From: an uncultured Clostridia bacterium
GTDB lineage: Bacteria; Bacillota; Clostridia; Oscillospirales; Ruminococcaceae
Assembly: GCA_947168885.1 (NCBI GenBank)
Contig: CAMVNQ010000003.1
Location: 189,140 to 253,139, forward strand
DNA length: 64,000 nt
Direction: 5' to 3'
Part shown: positions 18,198 to 27,783 of the stretch, piece by piece
Numbering within the stretch: position 1 is the stretch's first letter
How the letters are laid out: each line of letters begins with the position of its first letter
Made by a program: the position numbers and the translations under genes
Notes under the pieces: generated by a model
Told to the model about the DNA's origin: nothing
The model's database searches: none
The model's input: the letters and a program-made list of their open reading frames with translations, nothing else

Positions 18198-20008
18198 CAC
18201 AGATATTTCCGTTCATAATCGGCGACAGGTATCGGCTTACTGTAATAGTATCCCTGTATCACCTCACAGCCGAGCGCGCAAAGCTTATCGACCTGCTCTT
18301 TACGTTCGGCTCCCTCGGCAAGGCAGATAAATTTAAGTTCCTTAGCGAGGGCTATGATGTGCCGTATCACCGCGATGTCCTTTTCGCTGTCATTCTCCGT
18401 CCCGACCTTGTCAACAAAGCTCTTGTCGATCTTCAGCGTATCGAGCGGCATCTCTGTCAGCAGCGAAAGCGACGAATAGCCCGTACCGAAGTCGTCCATT
18501 GATATACGGAAGCCCCTTGACCGGAGTTCGTCAAGCACCGAGATCATATACTCGGTGTTGTCGTAGGTCGCGCTTTCCGTAAGCTCGAAATCTATCAGAG
18601 AGTGCTCTATGCCGTAAGAATCGACGATGCCGGTCAGATGCGCTATGAGATTCTTGTCATAGAGACGGTTGCGCGAAAGATTTACAGAGATCGGATAAAG
18701 CGCTCTTCCCTCTTCTTTCCACTTGCTCATCGCCGCGCAGACTTTCTTCAGCACAATGTCGTCTATCTTCCCTATCGAGCCGTCTTTCTCAAAGAACGGT
18801 ATGAATCTGTACGGCGAAAGGAGCTCACGATTTTTGTAGTTCCAGCGTATGAGAGCCTCAGCGCCCTTGATTCGCTCGTTTCGGGCATCTAATTTCGGCT
18901 GGAGATACACCACGAACTCGTCGTTTTCCACCGCGGTATCTAAATACGCCTTGATGTAGTTGCTCCAGAGAATGTCGTTATGCATATTGTCATCGTAGAA
19001 TATGATCTCTGTTCTGCTGCGGTTCGTACCGAGTGCCTGCGCCAGTTTTCCCGCGTCGGCAACACGGTTTCCGGAAAGGATAGCGCGCTGCATGGGGACA
19101 ACGCCGCACCTGTAATATATGGTGTAGTTAGGGTCTTCGTCGAGGTGCGAGAGTTCATCAAAGAAATCGCCGAGCTTCGCCAGCATTTCGTCCTGCGGCA
19201 TATCCTTGAGGATCATCGCAAAGTTGTCGTTATGGCAGCGAGCGCTCGCATAGACGAAATCCGCCTTGTTCATAGCATCGACGATCTTTCTGAGCACCCT
19301 GTTCGCCGCGATGTGACCGTAAACTTCGTTTATAACCTTGAACGACTTCACATCGAAGTGGGCGAAAGCGTAATCGCTCAGTCCCAGATCAGTCGGCATC
19401 TCAAGAGCAGGCACGATGTGGTTCCAGTTGTAGTGCCCCGTTATCTGATCGAAGAACGCCATGCTGAACAGCAGTTCCTTGTCAAGCTTGTCCATATCAT
19501 CGTCGATGATATATTTCGCGTCGTCCTTTTCAACGTTGCATTCATACATTATCCTTATCTTGTTGTATCCGCCGCTGGGGAAAATTCCGATAACGTCCGA
19601 CTCGTCCTTTACGGAGAGCCCGCTGCAATAACGTTTAAGAAGATCTCTTTTCTTCGCTATATCCTTGAAGAGCTCTTTTATGTAAGCAACACTTACCGTT
19701 CCCTCATTGTCTATTTCGATCTGATAGAAGAACGACGCGCCAAGCTTCAGGGTCTTGAGATCATCGGGATAAGCGACCCTGCTGTCGTCCGGACGGTATT
19801 CTATGCCTATGACCGGTCTTTCAAGCCCTTTGACGAAGAACACTCCCGGATAATCGTATGTACCGAAAGCGTGTGTGTACTTTCCGAGCTTTTCTGTGAC
19901 ATTTCCGGCATAGAGAGCTTTTATATCGTCGTCGGAGGCTTCGGTATAGAAGAGTATCCGTTCCGGCTTATACAGCTGATTGAGCATATTGATGAACATT
20001 ATTATCAC
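18197..20008 (-). CDS. Degenerate GGDEF + EAL phosphodiesterase with unrecognised N-terminal domain
   Basis: GGDEF site reads CHNDNF; AEALIRW and DDFGTGYSS intact; alternative ATG at 19999. Confidence 0.88.
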   Translation of the reverse strand: MIIMFINMLNQLYKPERILFYTEASDDDIKALYAGNVTEKLGKYTHAFGTYDYPGVFFVKGLERPVIGIEYRPDDSRVAYPDDLKTLKLGASFFYQIEIDNEGTVSVAYIKELFKDIAKKRDLLKRYCSGLSVKDESDVIGIFPSGGYNKIRIMYECNVEKDDAKYIIDDDMDKLDKELLFSMAFFDQITGHYNWNHIVPALEMPTDLGLSDYAFAHFDVKSFKVINEVYGHIAANRVLRKIVDAMNKADFVYASARCHNDNFAMILKDMPQDEMLAKLGDFFDELSHLDEDPNYTIYYRCGVVPMQRAILSGNRVADAGKLAQALGTNRSRTEIIFYDDNMHNDILWSNYIKAYLDTAVENDEFVVYLQPKLDARNERIKGAEALIRWNYKNRELLSPYRFIPFFEKDGSIGKIDDIVLKKVCAAMSKWKEEGRALYPISVNLSRNRLYDKNLIAHLTGIVDSYGIEHSLIDFELTESATYDNTEYMISVLDELRSRGFRISMDDFGTGYSSLSLLTEMPLDTLKIDKSFVDKVGTENDSEKDIAVIRHIIALAKELKFICLAEGAERKEQVDKLCALGCEVIQGYYYSKPIPVADYERKYL

Positions 20009-20045
20009 ATCCCTGATGTTATTTGCCGTGCGGCAGACAGAAGGA

Positions 20046-21173
20046 TCAATCTGCTTTATCGAACATTTCAGACGCTTCTTTAAGGAGATCGATTATTTCA
20101 AGATGCTGAGGACAGACCTCCTCGCACTGACCGCAGCCTATACAGTCCGAAGCGCGGGCAGACGGCACGATATTGGCATTGTAGAAGTTCTTTGCGCGCC
20201 ACCCCTCATTATACATACGAACAGTATTGACAAGACTGAAAATATCGGGTATCTTTATTCCCTGCGGACAGCCGTCGCAGCAATAACGGCAGGCTGTGCA
20301 GCCGACTATCGGATTTCCGATCAGTATGTCTCTTACTTCATTTATGATATTCTGCTCATTTTCGGAAAGAGGCTCGAAATTTGTGAATGTCTTTACGTTA
20401 TCGGTGACCTGTTCGTCGTTGGACATACCGGAAAGTATCGTCATAACTCCCGGCAGCGAGCCCACGAACCGAAGCGCCCATGAAGCGACGGAAGCGTCGG
20501 GGCGGGCGGCTTTGAGCTTTTCGGTTATTTGCGGCAAGGGGTTTGAGAGTGCTCCGCCCTTTACCGGCTCCATAACCACTATCGGGATATTGCGCGAGCG
20601 CAGTATTTCATATAGCTTTCCGGACGCTATCACAGGGTTGTCCCAGTCGGCATAGTTGAGCTGTATCTGGACAAATTCGACCTCGGGATGATCGTCAAGC
20701 ACCTTTTCGAGCAGTGCGGGCGTTCCGTGGAACGAAAAGCCGAAGTGCTTTATTTTGCCCTCTTTTTTCTTTTCAAGTCCCCATTCAAAGCAGTTGAACC
20801 GCTCATAATTCTCATAGTTGCTGCCCTCTTCTATCGAATGGAGCAGGTAGAAATCGAAGAAATCTACACCGGCGCGTTCGAGTTGTTCGTTGAAGATGCG
20901 GTCGCGGTCGTCGGCAGTATTCAGGCACCACGCGGGAAGCTTGGTGGCAAGTGTGAAACTGTCGCGCGGGTAGCGCTTTACGACGCATTCGCGGGCAGCA
21001 ACTTCGGACTTGCCGCCGTGATAGATGTAAGCTGTATCAAAATAGTTAAGACCTGCGGCAAGGTACTTATCGACCATTGCGCACACAGCATCAAAGTCGA
21101 TGCTTCCGTCTTTTTCCGGAAGGCGCATAAGTCCGAATCCGAGCTTAGGCATTTTGGCGAGATCGATAGGCAT
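20046..21173 (-). CDS. Aldo/keto reductase with C-terminal 4Fe-4S dicluster
   Basis: LGFGLMRLP, YFDTAYIY, CTACRYCCDGCP and CIGCGQCEEVCP; ATG at 21173 after GGAGG. Confidence 0.9.
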   Translation of the reverse strand: MPIDLAKMPKLGFGLMRLPEKDGSIDFDAVCAMVDKYLAAGLNYFDTAYIYHGGKSEVAARECVVKRYPRDSFTLATKLPAWCLNTADDRDRIFNEQLERAGVDFFDFYLLHSIEEGSNYENYERFNCFEWGLEKKKEGKIKHFGFSFHGTPALLEKVLDDHPEVEFVQIQLNYADWDNPVIASGKLYEILRSRNIPIVVMEPVKGGALSNPLPQITEKLKAARPDASVASWALRFVGSLPGVMTILSGMSNDEQVTDNVKTFTNFEPLSENEQNIINEVRDILIGNPIVGCTACRYCCDGCPQGIKIPDIFSLVNTVRMYNEGWRAKNFYNANIVPSARASDCIGCGQCEEVCPQHLEIIDLLKEASEMFDKAD

Positions 21174-21482
21174 GAGTGTTTCCTCCTTTTGTTTGGGTGA
21201 AATTATCATTTTGAATATATCGCAGACCTGCGCGGAGCCGCGCGAAGAATTACGATTCTGCAATACTTCGGGTAATACCGCACACTATTTGCGCGGTATC
21301 GCCTTTAGAGGTTCCCTTTAATATATTTTAACATATTTTTCTTCTATAATCAATTGATTTTTTACAAAAAATATCAGATTTTTGTGCGGTATTCCCTATA
21401 CTTTTGTTTTCATCGCAAAACCTTGATTTATATATAAAAAAGTGATATAATCAAATCATGAACACATCCGGAGGTGGCGAAA

Positions 21483-22517
21483 ATGAAACATCGCAGGCTT
21501 ACTGCCGCTATTGCAGCCGTTATTATGGCATTTTCCGGTGCGGTTTACTGTCCGGTCAGCAATGCGCCGCTCTGCATAACAGCCGAAGCGGCTTCAAAGC
21601 TTGAGGCTCCCGTGAATATCACCGCAAACGTGTCCGGAAGTACAGTCAGACTGAAATGGGATGTCGTAAAAGGAGCCGATGCATACCGTATTTTCAGGTA
21701 TAACCCGAAAACAAAAAAATATGAAAGCTTCCGCACTTGCAGCAAGAACAACACTTCAATAAAAGAACTTGCGGACGGAACTTACAAATTCCGCGTCGCC
21801 GCGCTCGTGAAGAAAAACGGCAAATACTCGGCACAGACCAGATCCGCGCCGATAACAGTCACAATAAACACAAAGGAGGACAATATGACAGACCGCATAA
21901 CAGTCAACACCCAGAGCAGCATCCGCATAGACTGCGGCGACCTCGTGATACGCTTCGACCCTTTCCGCATAGAAGGCGAACCCCATGACGCGGACATCGT
22001 GCTCATAACCCACGCACACTACGACCACTTTTCGCCCGAAGACCTCGCAAAAGTATGCAAGCCCGATACCGTTATCGCCGCTCCCGCAACTATGAAAAAA
22101 GACCTCGCAAAAGCAGGCATAAAAGAACCGGTGCTTCTGAAACCCGATGAAAGCACCGAGATACGCGGGATAAAGGTCGAAACGGTGAGAGCGTACAATC
22201 AGCTTAAACCGTTCCACCCGAAATCGAACGACTGGCTCGGATATGTTGTGACTGCCCTCGGCAAGCGCATTTACGCTGCCGGCGACACCGACAACGTTCC
22301 TGAAGCCGAAGCCGTAAGGTGCGACATAGCACTCGTACCGATAGGCGGCACATACACCATGAACGCGAAAACGGCAGCAGCCCTTATAAACACTATCAGA
22401 CCCGAAGTTGTTATACCGATACACTACGGCTCTATCGTCGGCACAAAGTCGGACAGCGGCAAATTCGCCGATCTCGTTGACAGCGGGATAACCGTAGAGA
22501 TTAAGTGCGGTGTATGA
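21483..22517 (+). CDS. Signal peptide + Fn3 domain fused to MBL-fold metallo-hydrolase (internal start at 21885)
   Basis: Promoter TTGATT-17-TATAAT (21423-21451); Fn3 W..Y..Y pattern; THAHYDH, AGDTD, PIHYG; AGGAGG-ATG at 21874-21887. Confidence 0.85.
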   Translation: MKHRRLTAAIAAVIMAFSGAVYCPVSNAPLCITAEAASKLEAPVNITANVSGSTVRLKWDVVKGADAYRIFRYNPKTKKYESFRTCSKNNTSIKELADGTYKFRVAALVKKNGKYSAQTRSAPITVTINTKEDNMTDRITVNTQSSIRIDCGDLVIRFDPFRIEGEPHDADIVLITHAHYDHFSPEDLAKVCKPDTVIAAPATMKKDLAKAGIKEPVLLKPDESTEIRGIKVETVRAYNQLKPFHPKSNDWLGYVVTALGKRIYAAGDTDNVPEAEAVRCDIALVPIGGTYTMNAKTAAALINTIRPEVVIPIHYGSIVGTKSDSGKFADLVDSGITVEIKCGV

Positions 22518-22565
22518 AACCCGCAAAGCAATTATTGCTGTCCTCCAGAGTCTTATTCTGTATAT

Positions 22566-22724
22566 AGGGAACCTCTAAAAACCCATTTTAGAGAAAAAGA
22601 GCTACTTGCGCCGATAGCTGTGTCAAGTCTCCTCACCTTGCGCCAGCAAGCTTTCGGAGCCTTTCCTTGCTCTCGACACAATTATCTCATTTTCTCCTTT
22701 CAAAGCGGTTTTTGGAGGTACCCT
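22566..22724. mobile_element. MITE-like non-autonomous element (long form)
   Basis: 18-bp terminal inverted repeats AGGGAACCTCTAAAAACC / GGTTTTTGGAGGTACCCT with 2 mismatches; no ORF. Confidence 0.7.
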
Positions 22725-22806
22725 ATAGTTAATTTGACTTATTTTGAATTTTGTGATATAATAATGGAATAATCCCGGCAAAAAGCGGAAAGGGGGCACA
22801 GAAAGG

Positions 22807-23934
22807 TTGATAAAAGATGCGTTCCTTCAGAGCCTTGTACAGATAAACTGCATACCTGTGCTTATAATCATCTTCCTTATCTTCTTTCTTCAGACCAACT
22901 ATGCATACGAAAAAGAAATAACCAAAAAGTTCATACCTTCCGTGCTGCTGCTTCTCGCGCTGATACTGGTCGATAACCTTGACTATTACGCCTACGACGC
23001 TCTGGAAGTAACCGGTTTTTTTGATACGCTGCACAGACTTTTCGCCATGCTCGGTTACGATATACGGATAATCCTTATGGCAAGCCTTATATCTGTCGCT
23101 TCGGACCGCGTTTTCGGTCACAAGCACACCGTACTTATCACCTATCTGCCCGCACTGATAAATGTCGCGATCCTGATGCCGTGCCTGTTCACAGACCTGT
23201 TTTTCTACTACAACCCCGACGGCTCCATAGGACGCGGGATCTTCGCGTTTGAACCGCATATCCTGTCCGGAGTATATATGCTGTTCCTGTTCGCGCTCGG
23301 TATCATCTGCAAGAAAAAAGGGCGTGTCGGCGAAACGGGGATACTTCTGCTCTGCGGTCTTCTGACGATATTCGGTTTCCTCGCAGAGTTCCTGTTTGCA
23401 CTGCGCGGCATACTTATCGGAGTCGTGGCGCTCGACATCACGTTCTATTATCTGTATCTGCACATAGAGCACTTCCGCTTCGACTCGCTCACCGAGATAT
23501 TCAACCGTGACGCGTTTATGGCGGATATTGAGAAGTACGGCAGAACAAGCGCCTCGCACCTCATAAGCGTCGATCTCAACGATCTCAAGAAGCTCAACGA
23601 CAAGCTCGGGCACACCGAGGGAGACAAGGCGCTGAAAGCCGTTGCGAGATCTCTGCAGGATTCCTGCCTTAAAGAGTGTTTCGCTTACCGCGTCGGCGGC
23701 GACGAGTTCGCGGTTTTATGTATCGGCAAGACCAACGATCAGGTAAATGAGATGACCCGCCGTATGCGCGAATCCGTGAATGACGCCGGTTATGTCTGTG
23801 CAATAGGCTATACCGAATGGAAGCGCGGCGAAACTTTCAAGGAAGTATATAGAAGAGCCGACGAAACTATGTACAACAATAAACGCGAGCTCAAAGCGCT
23901 AAAAGCCGGAACCGGCAATTCCGAAAAATCATAA
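22807..23934 (+). CDS. Membrane diguanylate cyclase
   Basis: TTG start; about 7 TM segments; DLNDLKKLNDKLGHTEGD and intact YRVGGDEF. Confidence 0.9.
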   Translation: MIKDAFLQSLVQINCIPVLIIIFLIFFLQTNYAYEKEITKKFIPSVLLLLALILVDNLDYYAYDALEVTGFFDTLHRLFAMLGYDIRIILMASLISVASDRVFGHKHTVLITYLPALINVAILMPCLFTDLFFYYNPDGSIGRGIFAFEPHILSGVYMLFLFALGIICKKKGRVGETGILLLCGLLTIFGFLAEFLFALRGILIGVVALDITFYYLYLHIEHFRFDSLTEIFNRDAFMADIEKYGRTSASHLISVDLNDLKKLNDKLGHTEGDKALKAVARSLQDSCLKECFAYRVGGDEFAVLCIGKTNDQVNEMTRRMRESVNDAGYVCAIGYTEWKRGETFKEVYRRADETMYNNKRELKALKAGTGNSEKS

Positions 23935-23991
23935 TTCACAGTCCAGACGCTCCACACGTTGTCTGAACCGCGACAAAAAGAATAAAATGAT

Positions 23992-24030
23992 AACAGACCG
24001 ATGAGAACTTCAATCGGTCTGTTCGTTTTT
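23992..24030. terminator. Intrinsic terminator
   Basis: AACAGACCGAT/ATCGGTCTGTT stem with T-rich tail. Confidence 0.7.
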
Positions 24031-24041
24031 TATTCCAAGCA

Positions 24042-24848
24042 TCATTCTCCTGCATCAAGGCAGAAGAACGCGACTGCGCTCGCAGCCGCAACATTAAGCG
24101 AGTCTATACCGCGCGCCATAGGTATTTTCACGGTATAATCCGCGGCTTTCACCGAAGCGTCCGACAGACCGTCGCCCTCGGTACCGAAGATAAGCGCAAG
24201 TCTCTTCTCCGCTTTGAGCCGCGGGTCGTCGGGACGTATCGAGCTGCCGCGAAGCGCCATTGCCGCTGTCGCAAAACCCGCATTCCGGAGCGTGTGGATA
24301 TACGCGGGAGTGTCGCCGTCTATGAACGTCCACGGAACGCGGAAAACCGCGCCCATGCTCACTCTCACCGTTCTGCGGAAAAGCGGGTCGCTGCACCCGC
24401 GCGTAAGCAGCACAGCGTCCGCTCCGAGAGCTGCGGCACTCCGGAAAATGGCACCGACATTGGTCTGGTTCATAATGTTTTCGAGAACGGCTATACGGCG
24501 AGCGCCGGAGAGAACCGCCGAAGGCTCCGCAAGCGGCTTTCTTCGCATGGCGGACATTATCCCCTGCGTGAAACGGAACCCGGTAAGCTTTTCGAGCGTC
24601 TCCGGCGGTGCGGTATAGACCGGAACACCTTCACATCGCGCAATAATGTCGTCCGCCTGACCGCCGATGTATTTGCGCACCGCAAGGAACGACAGCGGCT
24701 CATATCCCGAATCGAGAGCGGTGCGTATTACCTTCGGGCTTTCGGCGACGAATATCCCGAGCTCGTTTTTAAGCCGAAGCTCCGACGTATCCGTGTACGG
24801 CAGGAGCTCCGGCGCGCCGGTATCGGTTATCTCACGAATATCCTGCAT
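24042..24848 (-). CDS. TrmH/SpoU family RNA methyltransferase
   Basis: TGATG coupling to flavodoxin; NVGAIFRSA, FGTEGDGL, IDSLNVAAA (SPOUT). Confidence 0.9.
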   Translation of the reverse strand: MQDIREITDTGAPELLPYTDTSELRLKNELGIFVAESPKVIRTALDSGYEPLSFLAVRKYIGGQADDIIARCEGVPVYTAPPETLEKLTGFRFTQGIMSAMRRKPLAEPSAVLSGARRIAVLENIMNQTNVGAIFRSAAALGADAVLLTRGCSDPLFRRTVRVSMGAVFRVPWTFIDGDTPAYIHTLRNAGFATAAMALRGSSIRPDDPRLKAEKRLALIFGTEGDGLSDASVKAADYTVKIPMARGIDSLNVAAASAVAFFCLDAGE

Positions 24849-25327
24849 CAGGACAGGATATCCCTTACCCATGTTGCTATAACGAGCGGCTGGGTATTGG
24901 AGAGCATTCTTCCCTCTTTGATGACAGCGGTTTCGGAAACACTTGGCTTGAGCTCCATGAGCGTCTTGCCGAAACGGCTGCCGCCGGATGTCGCAAAAAG
25001 GATTATCGTCTTTCCGGAAAAGTCATAGCTCTCAAGGAACGAGTTTATTATCGTCGGCGCAACATACCACCATATCGGGAAACCGAGGAAAATAGTATCG
25101 TAAGCGGCGATATTCGCGTCCTTGTCCGCGAGCTCGGGACGGAATGACTTATCCGCCATTTCGACGCTCGAACGGGATTCCTTGTTTCTGAAATCGAGGT
25201 CAGCCTCGGTATAGGGCACAGCGGGCTTTATCTCGTAGAGATCGGCCTCTGCGGCTGTCGCTATCGCCTTTGCTTTTTCGGCAGTAACGCCGCTTGCGCT
25301 GAAATATGCAACTAAAACTTTGCTCAT
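24848..25327 (-). CDS. Flavodoxin-like protein
   Basis: LVAYFSASGVT, GFPIWWYVAP, FATSGGS; promoter TTGACG-17-TATAAT at 25399-25427. Confidence 0.88.
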   Translation of the reverse strand: MSKVLVAYFSASGVTAEKAKAIATAAEADLYEIKPAVPYTEADLDFRNKESRSSVEMADKSFRPELADKDANIAAYDTIFLGFPIWWYVAPTIINSFLESYDFSGKTIILFATSGGSRFGKTLMELKPSVSETAVIKEGRMLSNTQPLVIATWVRDILS

Positions 25328-25600
25328 GGTCACGTCCTCCGTACTGAATTGTCTTGTTTATGCGGGAAACACGGCTTTGCGGCATTTCCCTGTATATTAT
25401 TATACACGGTTTTCACTGCTTCGTCAACAGAAAAATCTTATTTTGTAACGCGGTGACATTCCGGTTACGATTTGGCCGTAATTCGGGGTATACAATCTGT
25501 ATAGTCAGCTTTGTGAAGCGGATTGTGAGACTTTTAACATACGAAAATCTGCTTGTTTTGCAAAAAAAGTGTAACATTTACTGTGAATGTTCAACAAAAC

Positions 25601-25668
25601 TGTAACCGATTACATATAATTATTGCTCAAAAATAGTGCTTGCATAATGTTTAACAATATGTTATAAT
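25601..25668 (+). promoter_or_regulatory. LacI/CcpA-type palindrome and sigma-A promoter
   Basis: TGTAACCGATTACA (25601-25614); TTGCAT-17-TATAAT (25640-25668). Confidence 0.55.
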
Positions 25669-25771
25669 GTCTATAATAGAGAGAAATGTAAGTCGGACCT
25701 CCGACAGAATATTATGTAAAACAAAAGTTCGGACACTATACGGCGTCCGGCAAAATGTAAGGAGCTTTTAT

Positions 25772-26233
25772 ATGGCATATTCAGAAGCTTTACCGGCATT
25801 TGACCGCAACGCGGCGATACGCCCCGCCTATGACGGAAGAAATTCCGCAGACAGCACTTCAAAAGAGCCTATCAATTTCAGCGAGATATTCAGAGAATAT
25901 TCCGAAAGCGCTGACAATTCCGAAGTTTCCCATGGAAGCACTTTCTTCACCGGTTCTTCCGTTGATGTATTCGGTGCAGTACCGTTCATGTCGTCACCCG
26001 CTTTCCCCGATGAGCTCGACGCGTTCTCAGAGCATGAAGACCTCGACAGCGCAATAAGCTTTGACGAGATAAGCACCCTCGACGATATTACCGATACCGA
26101 GGCGGCAAAAATAGCTTCGGAAAACGCAAACAACCTCTTCAAAGGCTTTGACGAGCTCTCCGACGCTGTTGCCGAAGCAGAAAGCGTTGAAGAAGATCTC
26201 GATATGTTCAGCGATTTTGAAGAAATAATCTGA
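25772..26233 (+). CDS. Hypothetical highly acidic protein (153 aa)
   Basis: AAGGAG RBS, own promoter, open frame; roughly a quarter D/E. Confidence 0.7.
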   Translation: MAYSEALPAFDRNAAIRPAYDGRNSADSTSKEPINFSEIFREYSESADNSEVSHGSTFFTGSSVDVFGAVPFMSSPAFPDELDAFSEHEDLDSAISFDEISTLDDITDTEAAKIASENANNLFKGFDELSDAVAEAESVEEDLDMFSDFEEII

Positions 26234-26449
26234 CCAAAAGCGATATAACGGCGCACCGTATTTACTGCGTCCTGTGGTTTTACTGTGCGCTTTTTTCGTT
26301 AAAATGACCGTACCTGCCCCTCATGCGGGTCAAATAATCACATATATGCATAAAAATCCCCGTCCGGACGCTTTCGTAAAGCCGAAAAGTGTTGACGAGG
26401 GTTATTTTTTATGATATAATATTGTAATATCTTAAAATGTGAGGGAAAT

Positions 26450-27007
26450 ATGTCACAGCATACCAAAAAACTCATAACGGAATGCGCGATGAGACTTGCG
26501 GAGAAAAAGCCGATAAACAAGATCACCGTCCGCGAGATAGTCGAAGAATGCGAGATAACCCGCAACACCTTCTACTACCATTTCCATGACATCTACGACG
26601 TGTTCACTTCATACCTCGACGACCTTGTCAGCGAGCTTATGAAAAGAGCCGCAGATGACGCGGAATCCGCTATGTTTGATCTCATTGAGATGTGCACGAA
26701 CCACAGGAGAATGCTTCTTAACGTCAAATCGGTCGGTTATGAGGCGCTCGCAAAATACGTGAAGGAAAAGCTGCGGACAATTATACTTCAGTCTATAGAA
26801 AAAGAATACGATATAAGCGAGATGGCGTCGTTTGACCTCGATATAATCTGCACATTCTACGAGGAAGCAATATACGGCATCATGATACGCTGGCTCCTTG
26901 ACAGCAAGTACGACTCCTTCGATGACATGAAGGACAGGATAGAGCGCATAAGAACGCTTTTCGACGGTCAGCTTGAGCTTCTTATCGGCAACGTTTCAAA
27001 GCAATGA
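26450..27007 (+). CDS. TetR/AcrR family regulator
   Basis: KITVREIVEECEITRNTFYYHF HTH; promoter TTGACG-17-TATAAT at 26392-26420. Confidence 0.9.
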   Translation: MSQHTKKLITECAMRLAEKKPINKITVREIVEECEITRNTFYYHFHDIYDVFTSYLDDLVSELMKRAADDAESAMFDLIEMCTNHRRMLLNVKSVGYEALAKYVKEKLRTIILQSIEKEYDISEMASFDLDIICTFYEEAIYGIMIRWLLDSKYDSFDDMKDRIERIRTLFDGQLELLIGNVSKQ

Positions 27008-27022
27008 TAACGGAGGGATCAT

Positions 27023-27676
27023 ATGAATATTGAGTTCTTTACCGCGTGCGCGGCAGCGGCTCTTATCGGTTATCTTCTCGGCGGAATAAACGCCGCGATC
27101 ATAATGTCTCGTCTCATCTACGGCGAAGACATCCGTGAAAAAGGAAGCGGAAATCCCGGCTTCACGAATTTCAAGCGGGTGTACGGCCTCGGAGCCGTGA
27201 CCTGGTCGGTAATGCTGCTCGACATACTCAAGACCGCTGTTCCGGTATGCGCTGCTATGTTTATATTCGACCATATGTTCGGAATGGGTCAGTTCGGCGC
27301 CGCATTCACAGGTCTGTTCGGTATGCTCGGACATTGCTTCCCCGTATATTACGGTTTCAAGGGCGGAAAAGCGTTTATGGCGGGCTTCGGCACGATATGG
27401 TTCGTTGACTGGAGAATGGCTCTGATAGCAACGATAGCTTTCCTTATCCTTCTGTTCACTGTAAAATATATGTCGGTGTCGTCGTGCCTTTCGTCACTCA
27501 TCTGCCCGCTTTCTCTCCTTTTCCTCGGCGCAGACAGTCCGGCAGTTATAGTCGTTTCGGCTCTGTCCGCATTTCTCGTTGTTGCACGGCACAAGGAGAA
27601 CTTCAAGAGACTCCTTAACGGCACCGAATCGAAATTCTCATTCAAGCACTCCGAACCAACGGAAAAAGCAGACTGA
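27023..27676 (+). CDS. plsY: Glycerol-3-phosphate acyltransferase PlsY
   Basis: GSGNPGFTN, DILK, GHCFPVYYGFKGGK, RHKENFKRL. Confidence 0.92.
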   Translation: MNIEFFTACAAAALIGYLLGGINAAIIMSRLIYGEDIREKGSGNPGFTNFKRVYGLGAVTWSVMLLDILKTAVPVCAAMFIFDHMFGMGQFGAAFTGLFGMLGHCFPVYYGFKGGKAFMAGFGTIWFVDWRMALIATIAFLILLFTVKYMSVSSCLSSLICPLSLLFLGADSPAVIVVSALSAFLVVARHKENFKRLLNGTESKFSFKHSEPTEKAD

Positions 27677-27783
27677 AGCAATGCACGATTGTGGAGCCGC
27701 CGGCGTGTCTTAATCGTGACAAGACAGAAATACCGGCCTGAAAAACAATATGAAAATCGTATTACATATCCGGAGGAGCACCG

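Noticed and set aside
26240-26300. Minus-strand GCACAG..AAACCA..GGACGCA resembling a c-di-GMP-I riboswitch
   Set aside because: P1/P2 helices and the tetraloop/receptor cannot be formed, and there is no downstream gene in that orientation
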